NCBI GenBank assembly: GCA_047635695.1
Contig: JBLILN010000001.1
Coordinates: 140,898 to 204,897 of the forward strand
Source: Alphaproteobacteria bacterium
Lineage (GTDB): Bacteria; Pseudomonadota; Alphaproteobacteria; UBA2136
DNA: 64,000 nucleotides
Direction of reading: 5' to 3'
The translations under genes and the position numbers were made by a program. The notes under the pieces are model-generated. The model was not told the DNA's origin. It searched no databases and saw nothing but the letters and a program-made list of their open reading frames with translations. How positions within the stretch are numbered: the first letter of the stretch is position 1; each line of letters starts with the position of its first letter. Shown in pieces: positions 55,069-64,000 of this stretch.

Positions 55069-56433
55069 ATGTCTGAACTTGGTTTCGCAGGAAAAAAAGT
55101 ATTTGTTTACGGCCTCGGCCGCAGTGGTTTTGCACTGGCAGCAGCGCTCTATGCAGACGGTGCAGAAGTACATGCCTACGACAAAAAGGGCATTGATTCT
55201 GTTTTGTCTGTGCCGCAGGGGCAAAAACTTTTTGCAAAAAATACTGTTTATTTTGCAGACGAAGGGTTGGCTGATTTTTCGAGCTTTGATGCCTTTTTTA
55301 AATCACCAGGTATTCCTATGGATGACCCTTTGGTGCAAAAGGCGATAGAAGCTAAATTACCTATCATGGGTGATATTGACCTTCTCTTTAGGCGTGAACC
55401 AAATGCCCTTTTTGTGGGTATCACAGGGACAAATGGTAAATCGACAACCACAGCACTTATTGGCCATATTCTCGAGAAATCTGGTAAAAAAGTGGCTGTA
55501 GGCGGCAACTTAGGTACGGCTTGCCTCAACCTTGAAAAAGAGCAAGATATTTACGTTATTGAACTTTCTTCATATCAATTAGAAACCATGTATGAAGCGA
55601 AAATGGATATTGGTATTCTATTAAATTTAACACCCGACCATTTGGCGCGACACGGCGACATGGCGCATTATCTTAAAGAAAAACTGCGCATATTCAACCA
55701 AGACGAAAATACAGTGCGTGTTATAGGTGTGGATAATAAAGAACTTAAAGACATTGCAGCGACATTAAATGCGACAACCGTCAGCGTTGATTCAACGGAT
55801 GCCCATATTATTGTGACAGATGATGGCCTGCTAAAGGAAGGTGATGCAACATTGCTTGATTTTCGTGAATTTAGCCACCTACCAGGTAAACATAACTGGC
55901 AAAATATTGCTTGTGCTTATGCCGCTATAAAAGGGCTTGTTCACCTTAAAACGTTTAAGGAATCGGTGATGAGTTTTTCAAACCTCGCACATCGCATGGA
56001 AAAAATTGCCACTTATAAAGGTGTTACATTTTACAATGATTCAAAAGCGACCAACCCCGATTCTGCGATCCGCGCCCTAGAAAGTGTGTCGAATGTTTTT
56101 TGGATATGTGGTGGCGAAGCGAAAGAAGAAGGTATTAAACCCTGTTTAACACATTTAAGTAATGTCAAAGCGGCATTTGTTATTGGTAAAAACCGTGAAG
56201 AATTTATGCATGACCTCGACGGTAAGGTGCAAGCGTTTGACTGTGAAACCATGGAGGCGGCTATTTATAAAATATGGCAGCGCTACGAAGTTTCTGGTTT
56301 AGATACAGCAACCGTTTTACTATCACCAGCCTGTGCATCATGGGATCAGTACAATAGTTTTGAACACCGAGGTGACCAGTTTGTAACGCTTTGTCATGGG
56401 CTCATTGGAAGGCTACAAGAGCAAAATGGCTAG
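55069..56433 (+). CDS. murD: UDP-N-acetylmuramoylalanine--D-glutamate ligase
   Basis: ITGTNGKSTT, the Mur ligase middle and C domains, and YNDSKATN. Confidence 0.92.
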   Translation: MSELGFAGKKVFVYGLGRSGFALAAALYADGAEVHAYDKKGIDSVLSVPQGQKLFAKNTVYFADEGLADFSSFDAFFKSPGIPMDDPLVQKAIEAKLPIMGDIDLLFRREPNALFVGITGTNGKSTTTALIGHILEKSGKKVAVGGNLGTACLNLEKEQDIYVIELSSYQLETMYEAKMDIGILLNLTPDHLARHGDMAHYLKEKLRIFNQDENTVRVIGVDNKELKDIAATLNATTVSVDSTDAHIIVTDDGLLKEGDATLLDFREFSHLPGKHNWQNIACAYAAIKGLVHLKTFKESVMSFSNLAHRMEKIATYKGVTFYNDSKATNPDSAIRALESVSNVFWICGGEAKEEGIKPCLTHLSNVKAAFVIGKNREEFMHDLDGKVQAFDCETMEAAIYKIWQRYEVSGLDTATVLLSPACASWDQYNSFEHRGDQFVTLCHGLIGRLQEQNG

Positions 56434-57562
56434 CCGTATCAACCGCAATTCATCTCACCCGTTATTACGTTGGTGGCGCAGTTTAGACCATACGGTTTAT
56501 ACGTTAGTGGGCGTTTTGATGGTGTTTGGTCTGGCTTCAGTTATGTTGGCTTCTACAGGGGTAAGTGGTACCTATGAACTGGGGAGTAATGACTATCATT
56601 TTGCCAAAAAACAATTGGTTTTTGTTATACTGGCCTTTCCTCTTATGACGCTTCTGTCAACTTTAAATGCTAAACAAATTAAACGTATCGGTGTTGCTTT
56701 GGCGTTGTTTTCAGGCCTTGCTATTGTGCTCACTTTGTTTTCAGGCGATGGTGTTAAAGGTGCAAACCGTTGGGTGCGGGTCTTTGGCGTATCACTTCAA
56801 CCAACAGAGCTGATGAAGCCCGCTTTGGTTATTTTAACCGCAGCATTACTGGCGCCTATTGAAGCGAGCATTCGAGTGAGGAATTTTATTTTGTCTTTGC
56901 TTGCACTCACGGCGGTGTGCGGCCTAACATTCCTTCAGCCTGACTTTGGTATGGTTATTATGTTTTGTGGTGTTTGGTTTGTGCAGGCCTATTTGTCGGG
57001 TGTACCACTGACTTGGGTGATGTTTATGGTGGTAGGTGGTATGTCAACGGTTATAGGCGCTTATAGTTTTTTACCGCACGTGAAATCACGTATTGAAAGG
57101 TTTTTTGACCCGTCTTCTGGTGATTCGTACCAAGTTGACCAAGCACGTGAAGCCCTTTTAAGTGGTGGTTTTTTAGGACGAGGACCTGGTGAGGGTGTAG
57201 TTAAACATCATTTACCCGACGCCCATACTGACTTTATTTTTGCTGTCATTGCTGAAGAGTTTGGTATTTTAACTTGTCTGCTTTTATTGATTGTTTTTGC
57301 GGTGATTGTTTTTAGAGGCTTTAGCTCTATTCTCGATCAAAAAGACCGTTTTATATTTCTGGCAGGTTTTGGCTTGCTGACAACGTTTACAATGCAAACA
57401 TTGGTGAATATTGGCGTGGTGATGAATGTTTTACCTACAACGGGTATGACGTTACCCTTTATTAGCTATGGGGGATCTGCTATGATCGGTGTGAGTTTTA
57501 CAATGGGTTTCTTGCTTGCATTAACGAGGATTAAGGGGAAAAAGAATGTCAAAAAGAACTAA
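56426..57562 (+). CDS. ftsW: Peptidoglycan glycosyltransferase FtsW (SEDS family)
   Basis: 10-TM SEDS pattern with QPTELMKP, PDFG, HTDFIFAVIAEEFG and PFISYGGSA. Start chosen at ATG 56426. Confidence 0.9.
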   Translation: MASRINRNSSHPLLRWWRSLDHTVYTLVGVLMVFGLASVMLASTGVSGTYELGSNDYHFAKKQLVFVILAFPLMTLLSTLNAKQIKRIGVALALFSGLAIVLTLFSGDGVKGANRWVRVFGVSLQPTELMKPALVILTAALLAPIEASIRVRNFILSLLALTAVCGLTFLQPDFGMVIMFCGVWFVQAYLSGVPLTWVMFMVVGGMSTVIGAYSFLPHVKSRIERFFDPSSGDSYQVDQAREALLSGGFLGRGPGEGVVKHHLPDAHTDFIFAVIAEEFGILTCLLLLIVFAVIVFRGFSSILDQKDRFIFLAGFGLLTTFTMQTLVNIGVVMNVLPTTGMTLPFISYGGSAMIGVSFTMGFLLALTRIKGKKNVKKN

Positions 57563-58667
57563 ATTAGCGATTATTGCAGCAGGTGCTTCAGGCGGCCATA
57601 TTTTCCCTGCATTGGCTGTGGCCAATGAGCTTAAAAAGCAAGGTTTCCGCTGTATATTTGTTGGTAGAGGTGGTGCATTCTCTCGTATTGTGAAGGAAGA
57701 TGGCTTCGAAATAAAAGAATTACCCGCCAGTGCTTGGAATGTTAAAAACCCTGTGCGTAAGCTTATGGCTATTTTTAATTTAATGCGTGCGTTTATACAG
57801 GCCTTTAAATTAATTCATCACGAAAAAGCTTCTGTTGTTTTTGGTACTGGTGGTTACGCAACAGTGGCTGCCGTTTTAGCCGCTAAATTAAGCGGTGTAC
57901 CAACAGTCATCCAAGAACAAAATGTACTGCCAGGGCGTGCAAACCGCTTCTTGTCAAAATGGGCTGACCGTGTTTGCTTATCCTTTGAATCTTCACGTCA
58001 CTATTTGCGTTACCGTGAAGACGTAATGGTGGTAACGGGTAACCCTATCCGTGAAAAAATTATTAAAGTACGTGATAAAAAGCGTCATAATGATGGTAAA
58101 TTCCGTATTTTAATCGCTGGGGGTTCACAAGGTGCGCGTATTCTGTCAGACGTCGTGCCACATGCTGTTAATTTATTGCCACAGGCCATCAAAAAACAAA
58201 TTGAAATTATTCAACAGACCCGTGCAGAAGACAAACAGCGCGTGATTGACCTGTATCATAAATTTGATGTACCCGCACAGGTGGCGATTTTCTTTGATGA
58301 TCTTGAAAATCAAATGTTGCGCAGTAACCTTGTTATTGCACGCAGTGGCGCAAGTACCGTGAATGAAACATCATTGCTTGGTCGTGCCGCTATATATGTG
58401 CCTCTTAAATTGGCCGACGGCCATCAGATACAAAATGCACGCGCGATGGAAAGCCTTGGCGCCGCCATTGTGATGGAACAGGCATGTTTTACAGCTGAAA
58501 AACTAGCAGAAAAATTAACTGAACTTATTGAAGATAAGGCATTTCTTGCTAAAATGGAAAAGTCCGCCTATGATTCAGCAAAAGTGGATGCCGCTAAAAA
58601 TGTTGCGGCAGAAGTTATAAAGTTAAGCGAAGAAGACCTTTTACACCTTGGCGAAGAATTTAAATAA
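57546..58667 (+). CDS. murG: UDP-GlcNAc--undecaprenyl-PP-MurNAc-pentapeptide GlcNAc transferase
   Basis: AAGASGGHIFPALAVA, GGYATV and GGSQGAR....ARSGASTVNE. Confidence 0.92.
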   Translation: MSKRTKLAIIAAGASGGHIFPALAVANELKKQGFRCIFVGRGGAFSRIVKEDGFEIKELPASAWNVKNPVRKLMAIFNLMRAFIQAFKLIHHEKASVVFGTGGYATVAAVLAAKLSGVPTVIQEQNVLPGRANRFLSKWADRVCLSFESSRHYLRYREDVMVVTGNPIREKIIKVRDKKRHNDGKFRILIAGGSQGARILSDVVPHAVNLLPQAIKKQIEIIQQTRAEDKQRVIDLYHKFDVPAQVAIFFDDLENQMLRSNLVIARSGASTVNETSLLGRAAIYVPLKLADGHQIQNARAMESLGAAIVMEQACFTAEKLAEKLTELIEDKAFLAKMEKSAYDSAKVDAAKNVAAEVIKLSEEDLLHLGEEFK

Positions 58668-58696
58668 AAATTTATAAAGAATGAGACAATAAAAAA

Positions 58697-60109
58697 ATGA
58701 TAGAACTTTTTGGTAAAAACCCAAACACAATGGGGCTGGTACACTTTATTGGTATTGGTGGTATTGGTATGAGTGGTCTCGCTGAAATTTTACACGACAA
58801 TGGTTTCACTGTTCAGGGGTCTGACCTGAGTGAAAATGCTAATGTCAAACGTCTCAAGGCCAAGGGTGTCGAAATTTTTTATGGGCACGGTGCCGCTTAT
58901 ATAGAAAAAGCATTTCGTGTGGTCATCTCATCCGCTATTCCTGACGATAACCCAGAACTTGTTGCCGCCAAAAAACTTGGCCTACGTGTGATGCACCGCA
59001 GCGAAATTTTGGCTGAAATTTTAAGTAAACATAATTCTATCGCCATTGCCGGCACACACGGAAAAACAACAACAACTTCCCTTGTTTTTACCTTGCTTGA
59101 CTATGCAAAAACAGGTGCGGGTGTGATTAATGGTGGCGTTATATATGCCATTGGCAGCAATATTAAAGCATCGACAGAAAAAGGTGGTTTAATGGTAGCA
59201 GAGGCCGATGAATCGGACGGTTCATTCACTAAAATATCCTCAAAAATTGCCGTGATCACCAATATGGACGCCGAGCACATGGAATATTATAAGTCGATGG
59301 ATAACATGCGCCAGGCTTATGAAAAATTTGCGACGAATACACCAGAAGGCACAGGTACGATTATTTTAGGCATTGATCACCATGAAGTGGCGGCTTTGGC
59401 ACAAAAACTAAATGACCGTAAAGTGGTGACTTATGGTTTCTTGGCAGAAGCTGATATTTCTGCAAGAAATCTGCGCCAAAATGGTGCGGCAATGGTGTTT
59501 GACCTGATGGTAAAAGGGAAAGAATACACAGACTTTCGTTTAAATATGCCAGGTAAACATAATGTTTTAAACTCACTTGCAGCGATTGCCGTGGCAATAG
59601 AATGTGGTGTTGATGTTGATAACTTGCGCCCCGGTTTATTATCTTTTAAAGGTGTTGGCCGTCGTTTTATTAAAATGGGTATGGCACATGGTGCCTTGGT
59701 TATTGACGACTATGCGCACCACCCCGTAGAAATAAAAGCGACCATCCGTGGTACAAAACAAGGTTTTATTAACAATAAAGTTGTGGCTGTTATTCAACCA
59801 CACCGCTATAGCCGCTTGCAGGATTTGTTTGAAGAATTTTCAAAATGTGCTGATGACGCGGATGAGGTAGTAATTGTTCCTGTGTATGCGGCGGGTGAAA
59901 AGCCAATTGACGGTATTAGCCATGAAACGTTGGCTAAAAAAATGAAGGAAAATGGCGTTAAAAGTGTTCACACTGTGCAAGATCATAAAGAATTATCTGA
60001 CCTTATACCGTCACTTGTCACAGACGGCGACATTATTCTTTGTATGGGGGCGGGTAACATTAACGCTTGGGGCCAATTTTTAGTAAAGACATCACGCTCA
60101 ATTCAATGA
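58697..60109 (+). CDS. murC: UDP-N-acetylmuramate--L-alanine ligase
   Basis: HFIGIGGIGMSGLAEIL, AGTHGKTTTTS and DDYAHHP. Confidence 0.93.
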   Translation: MIELFGKNPNTMGLVHFIGIGGIGMSGLAEILHDNGFTVQGSDLSENANVKRLKAKGVEIFYGHGAAYIEKAFRVVISSAIPDDNPELVAAKKLGLRVMHRSEILAEILSKHNSIAIAGTHGKTTTTSLVFTLLDYAKTGAGVINGGVIYAIGSNIKASTEKGGLMVAEADESDGSFTKISSKIAVITNMDAEHMEYYKSMDNMRQAYEKFATNTPEGTGTIILGIDHHEVAALAQKLNDRKVVTYGFLAEADISARNLRQNGAAMVFDLMVKGKEYTDFRLNMPGKHNVLNSLAAIAVAIECGVDVDNLRPGLLSFKGVGRRFIKMGMAHGALVIDDYAHHPVEIKATIRGTKQGFINNKVVAVIQPHRYSRLQDLFEEFSKCADDADEVVIVPVYAAGEKPIDGISHETLAKKMKENGVKSVHTVQDHKELSDLIPSLVTDGDIILCMGAGNINAWGQFLVKTSRSIQ

Positions 60110-61014
60110 TAAATATAGAAAATCTGCCAAAAATTGATGGCGAATATCAATTTAACGCGCCTCTTGCACCTTACACAACCCTAAAAATTGGCGGTAAGGC
60201 GGACGTTTTATTTACCCCTCAAAGTCTCGACGAACTTACCAACTTTATGAAGAATCTTTCTCTTGACGTACCTGTGACTTTGCTGGGCGAAGGCAGTAAC
60301 ATGATGCTGCGTGATGGTGGTATCCGTGGCGTGGTTATTCGTTTGAATGAAGGTTTAAATGATGTGACTGTTTTGGGTAATATCATCACAGCAGGTGCAG
60401 GTGCAACGGGCGGTAAGGTAGCCAGAGCCGCAAGGGAACATGAGCTCACAGGCATTGAGTTTTTATGCGGTATTCCAGGTTCTGTTGGTGGTGCTTTAAA
60501 AATGAATGCGGGTGCTTATGGTCATGAAACGGCCGATATTTTACAGTCTGTACGTGTTTTAACCCCAACAGGTGATATTAAAACGCTTTTACCAGAAGAT
60601 CTTGATTTTTCATATCGTCTTAGCCACTTACCAGTGGGTTGGTTGTTTTTAGAGGCGACATTTGTGCTTAAAAAAGGCAATAAGCAAGATATTCGCCATA
60701 AGATGCGCCAAATTAATAAAGACAGAGCCACAAGCCAGCCTTTAAATAAACCCAGCAGCGGCAGTTGGTTTAAAAATATTACTTTAGAAGATGGTGAAAA
60801 AATACATGCATGGCAAGCCGTTGACGAAGCGGGTTGTAGAGGAATGACTTTTGGCGGTGCGCAAGTGAGTGAAAAACACTGTAATTTCTTCATTAATGCC
60901 CATAATGCGACAGCAACGGATATGGAAACCCTTACCGAAATGGTTGAGAAACAGGTTTACGATAAGCTTGGTATCGTCCTTCAGCGTGAAGTACGTTTTA
61001 TCGGTGAACGCTAA
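60106..61014 (+). CDS. murB: UDP-N-acetylenolpyruvoylglucosamine reductase
   Basis: TTLKIGGKAD, GEGSNMM, GIPGSVGGALKMNAGAYG and SGSWFKN. ATGA overlap with the murC stop. Confidence 0.9.
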   Translation: MINIENLPKIDGEYQFNAPLAPYTTLKIGGKADVLFTPQSLDELTNFMKNLSLDVPVTLLGEGSNMMLRDGGIRGVVIRLNEGLNDVTVLGNIITAGAGATGGKVARAAREHELTGIEFLCGIPGSVGGALKMNAGAYGHETADILQSVRVLTPTGDIKTLLPEDLDFSYRLSHLPVGWLFLEATFVLKKGNKQDIRHKMRQINKDRATSQPLNKPSSGSWFKNITLEDGEKIHAWQAVDEAGCRGMTFGGAQVSEKHCNFFINAHNATATDMETLTEMVEKQVYDKLGIVLQREVRFIGER

Positions 61015-61090
61015 ATAAATTTTTATCTCTATTTTCGCTACCATTTTATGTATGATATTCTAAGTTTAGATTTAAAAAGTGAGATCAGTG

Positions 61091-62038
61091 ATGCAAGAAA
61101 ATATCGTTATTTTATTTGGTGGGCCAGGGGGCGAAGCCGAAGTTTCTAGAAATACAGCTAAGTCAATTGAAACGGCAATGGTCGACCTTGACCTAACTTA
61201 TTCGACACTAGAATTTTGCCCCAAAACATGGGTGCATGACCTCATTTCACTTAAACCCACGTTTGTTTTTATTGCCATGCACGGTAGCCCAGGTGAAGAC
61301 GGTACGGTTCAAGCTGTTTTGACAAGCTTGCAATTACCATATAACGGCAGTGATATGCGATCCTCAACACTTGCAATGGATAAGTCTATCGCTAAAAAAC
61401 TGTTTGCAACGCAAGGGTTGGATGTAGCGAAGGAAGGGTTTATCTCCGAAAATCAAGCTATTCCAAGTGACCTATCGGCTTTGTCTGTGGATTTACCCGC
61501 GGTTTTTAAACCCAACAATGGTGGGTCCTCTGTGGGTATTGAAATTGTTCGCAGTCAAAATGAATGGCCAGCCGCCTTTGAACGCTTGTCTGCAGCACAA
61601 AAAGAAAATAAAACGAACTGGCTTGTGGAAGAATTTATTCACGGACGTGAACTCACTATCCCTGTGTTGGGAAATAAAACTTTAGGCGTCATGGAGATAA
61701 CAAGTGACGGCCATAATTTTTATGACTATAGTGCAAAATATGAGGTTGGGGGGAGCCAACACATATACCCTGCTCCAATTGCAACAGAGGTCAGAAAAGA
61801 AGCTGAGCTTTTGGCTTTAAAAGCGCATAAAAGTTTAGGTTGCACTGGCGTTAGTCGGGTAGACTTTAGATATGATGAAGAAAAGAACCGTTTGGTTGTT
61901 CTCGAGGTAAATACATTACCAGGGATGACAGCAACAAGCCTTGTGCCAGAAGTTGCAAATTATAACGGTATATCTTTTTCTTCTTTAATTTCGTGGATAA
62001 TTGAGGACGGTAAGTGCAGACAAAAGGACAAAAACTAA
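61091..62038 (+). CDS. ddl: D-alanine--D-alanine ligase
   Basis: ILFGGPGGEAEVS, HGSPGEDGTVQ, the ATP-grasp core and EVNTLPGMT. Confidence 0.9.
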   Translation: MQENIVILFGGPGGEAEVSRNTAKSIETAMVDLDLTYSTLEFCPKTWVHDLISLKPTFVFIAMHGSPGEDGTVQAVLTSLQLPYNGSDMRSSTLAMDKSIAKKLFATQGLDVAKEGFISENQAIPSDLSALSVDLPAVFKPNNGGSSVGIEIVRSQNEWPAAFERLSAAQKENKTNWLVEEFIHGRELTIPVLGNKTLGVMEITSDGHNFYDYSAKYEVGGSQHIYPAPIATEVRKEAELLALKAHKSLGCTGVSRVDFRYDEEKNRLVVLEVNTLPGMTATSLVPEVANYNGISFSSLISWIIEDGKCRQKDKN

Positions 62039-62802
62039 AGAGACCCAAAAAGCTTCAAAAGAAGCTTGTTATACGTGTGCTTTTAAGTTTTGTTGCTCTG
62101 GCTCTTGTCTATGGTGCCTCTATTGTTATTCCTAAAGTTTCTGACGACGTGAGCGAATTCGTGGCACGTAGTATTGACGCCAAGCTCGAAAAAATTCTTG
62201 TTACAGGCACAAAAAACATCGATCACAAAGAACTTTTAACATCTCTTGGGCTTGTAAAAGGTGATTCCCTTATTGGTTTTGACGCTGCGGCTGTCAGAGA
62301 AAACATACAAGATATTTCATGGGTCAAAGAAGCCGTTGTTGAACGTCAATTACCATCTACACTTAAAGTGACTATTTATGAATATACACCCATTGCAAGG
62401 CTAGAAAGCGACGATGGCCTATGGTTGGTTGATTCTAACGGTCATGAAATTAACGCAGTGGCCATAAATGATTTTATGCATTTACCGCTTTTACGTGGGG
62501 AAAATGCTGCAGAACAAGCGGCTGAGCTCTTTGGTTTGCTTATGAGTAAAAATATTAAGCTTGGCGAACAAGTTGTTGAGGCACGTTATATTGGTGACAG
62601 ACGTTGGGACATTGCCTTTCATTCAGGTGTATGGGTTCAATTACCAGAAAATAACCCCGAGCAAGCGCTTGATATATTAAAAAAATTAGATGCTAAAAAG
62701 GGTGTTTTAGCAATGGACGGTGGCGTGGTGGATTTACGTCTCGAAGACCGCATTGTATTGCGATTACCACCACACAAAAAGTTGAAAGAGAGGATTTTAT
62801 AA
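62014..62802 (+). CDS. ftsQ: Cell division protein FtsQ
   Basis: N-terminal TM. POTRA-like segment (ILVTGTKNIDHKELL...I.WVKEAVVERQLPSTLKVTIYEY). Position between ddl and ftsA. Confidence 0.85.
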   Translation: MQTKGQKLKRPKKLQKKLVIRVLLSFVALALVYGASIVIPKVSDDVSEFVARSIDAKLEKILVTGTKNIDHKELLTSLGLVKGDSLIGFDAAAVRENIQDISWVKEAVVERQLPSTLKVTIYEYTPIARLESDDGLWLVDSNGHEINAVAINDFMHLPLLRGENAAEQAAELFGLLMSKNIKLGEQVVEARYIGDRRWDIAFHSGVWVQLPENNPEQALDILKKLDAKKGVLAMDGGVVDLRLEDRIVLRLPPHKKLKERIL

Positions 62803-62803
62803 T

Positions 62804-64000
62804 ATGGCTAAAGGGAACTATATTGCAGGTTTAGATATTGGTGGTAGCAAAGTGACCTGTTTTATTGCAGAGCTGGACGACTTTTATAATCCTCGTATTA
62901 TTGGTTATGGACAACATGTTTCGCATGGTATGAAGCGTGGCATGATCATTGACATGGACCGTACTGAAACGGCTATCCGTGAAGCGGTTGCTGGTGCTGA
63001 AGAAATGGCAGACGTTTCTATCAGTGGTGTTTACGTTAGTCTAGGGGGTGTTCACCTACGTAGCCATATGACCGACGGTTTGGTTGTTCTGAACCAACAT
63101 GAAATTACAGACGTTGACATTAACAAAGTTATTGACGTTGCAAGAGCGAAGCAGCTTGAAGGCGACCGTCAAATTATTCATGCACAACCTGTGCGCTATG
63201 TTCTTGATAACCATACAGATATTCGTGACCCACGTGGCATGACAGGTTCACGCCTCGAATCAGAAGTACATATTATTTCAGCGGCATCAAACGCTGTGCG
63301 TAATGTTGTGCGCTGTGTTGAACGTTGTAACCTTGATATTGAAGATATCGTTGTTCAGCCTTATGCATCAGCCATGGCTTGCCTTGTGCCTGATGAAAAA
63401 GAATTAGGCGTTTGTCTTGTTGATATTGGTGGTGGGACTTGTGATATTGCTATTTACGCTGAAGGTGTATTGCTTTATACAGCCGTATTGCCAGTAGGTG
63501 GTAACCATATAACAAGTGACATTGCCCGTGGCTTGTCAACACCTATCTCCTATGCAGAGCGTATCAAAAACCTTTATGGTTGCGCGCTTGCTTCCTTGGT
63601 TGCCGCAGACGATAACATCGACATTCCGCATGTGGGTGAAGACGAAGATGCTGCCACTGGCCACGTTACACGCGGTGCACTTGCAGGCATTATTCAACCA
63701 CGCTGTGAAGAAATCCTTGAAATGGTACGCGACAAAATTGAACAATCAGGCTTTGAATCAGTAATCGGTCGCCGTGTTGTTTTAACAGGCGGTGCATCTC
63801 AACTTGAAGGTATGAAACAGCTTTCTGAAGTGGTTCTCGACAAAAATGTGCGTCTGGCACGCCCTGTTGAGCTTGAAGGTTTAACAGATATGTCTTCTCT
63901 GCCACAGTTCTCCACAGTTTCTGGTTTGGTTGTACATGGGGCAAAAGAGTATGCTTCACAGCAAAGAAACAGAGCTGTAACCCGCAAGTTTACTGATTTG
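62804..64000 (+). CDS. ftsA: Cell division protein FtsA (3' end beyond the window)
   Basis: Not in the ORF track because it is open at the edge. My translation reads MAKGNYIAGLDIGGSKVTCFIAE..., with DIGGGTCDIAIY in frame at 63422. The frame is open for all 399 codons to position 64000. Confidence 0.9.
   Translation, partial: MAKGNYIAGLDIGGSKVTCFIAELDDFYNPRIIGYGQHVSHGMKRGMIIDMDRTETAIREAVAGAEEMADVSISGVYVSLGGVHLRSHMTDGLVVLNQHEITDVDINKVIDVARAKQLEGDRQIIHAQPVRYVLDNHTDIRDPRGMTGSRLESEVHIISAASNAVRNVVRCVERCNLDIEDIVVQPYASAMACLVPDEKELGVCLVDIGGGTCDIAIYAEGVLLYTAVLPVGGNHITSDIARGLSTPISYAERIKNLYGCALASLVAADDNIDIPHVGEDEDAATGHVTRGALAGIIQPRCEEILEMVRDKIEQSGFESVIGRRVVLTGGASQLEGMKQLSEVVLDKNVRLARPVELEGLTDMSSLPQFSTVSGLVVHGAKEYASQQRNRAVTRKFTDL

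Noticed and set aside
1-64000. CRISPR arrays, rRNA genes, IS elements or transposases
   Set aside because: I saw no regularly spaced 25-40 bp direct repeats, no rRNA-like sequence and no transposase-like ORFs with terminal inverted repeats on either strand. The only recombinase genes are the intact and truncated P4-type integrases.

Overview
This window looks like chromosomal DNA from a moderately AT-rich alphaproteobacterium. That is inferred from gene content and synteny only: MJ0042 zinc-ribbon/ftsE/ftsX/ydcF, long L25/Ctc and L28, gpmI-envC-ctpA-yibQ-rppH, and a complete dcw cluster from mraZ to ftsA. About 80% of the window is ordinary housekeeping DNA. This includes cell division and murein synthesis (47.7-64 kb), central metabolism (icd, gpmI), translation (rplY, pth, rpmB) and envelope genes (PAP2 phosphatase plus GT39 glycosyltransferase, a PEP-CTERM protein, an RTX-type secreted protein).

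The accessory part is a roughly 10 kb integrative island inserted in the 3' end of tRNA-Gln(UUG), at about 5.74-15.87 kb. It is bounded by an imperfect direct repeat of about 70-80 bp that copies the tRNA 3' end plus its terminator. The island is visibly more AT-rich than its flanks. It carries:
- a DUF2971 gene, a P4-type integrase and an AlpA-like excisionase/regulator
- a DUF736 plus Rep_trans-like replication module
- two divergently transcribed candidate conflict loci

The first conflict locus is a tightly overlapping three-gene operon: a SMEK-like effector, a 76-aa middle component and a coiled-coil ABC ATPase with a DUF2326-like C-terminus. This is the ABC-3C / Lamassu-like architecture. 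The second is a single-gene ABC ATPase with a possible C-terminal Toprim/DUF4435-like module (OLD/PARIS-like).

Immediately after attR lies the roughly 0.75 kb remnant of a second, related island. It has a variant arm-type motif, a small membrane ORF with an in-frame stop, and a 27-codon integrase fragment.

The three-gene operon is my best candidate for an experimentally uncharacterised system. All family assignments come from reading the translations and are not database hits.
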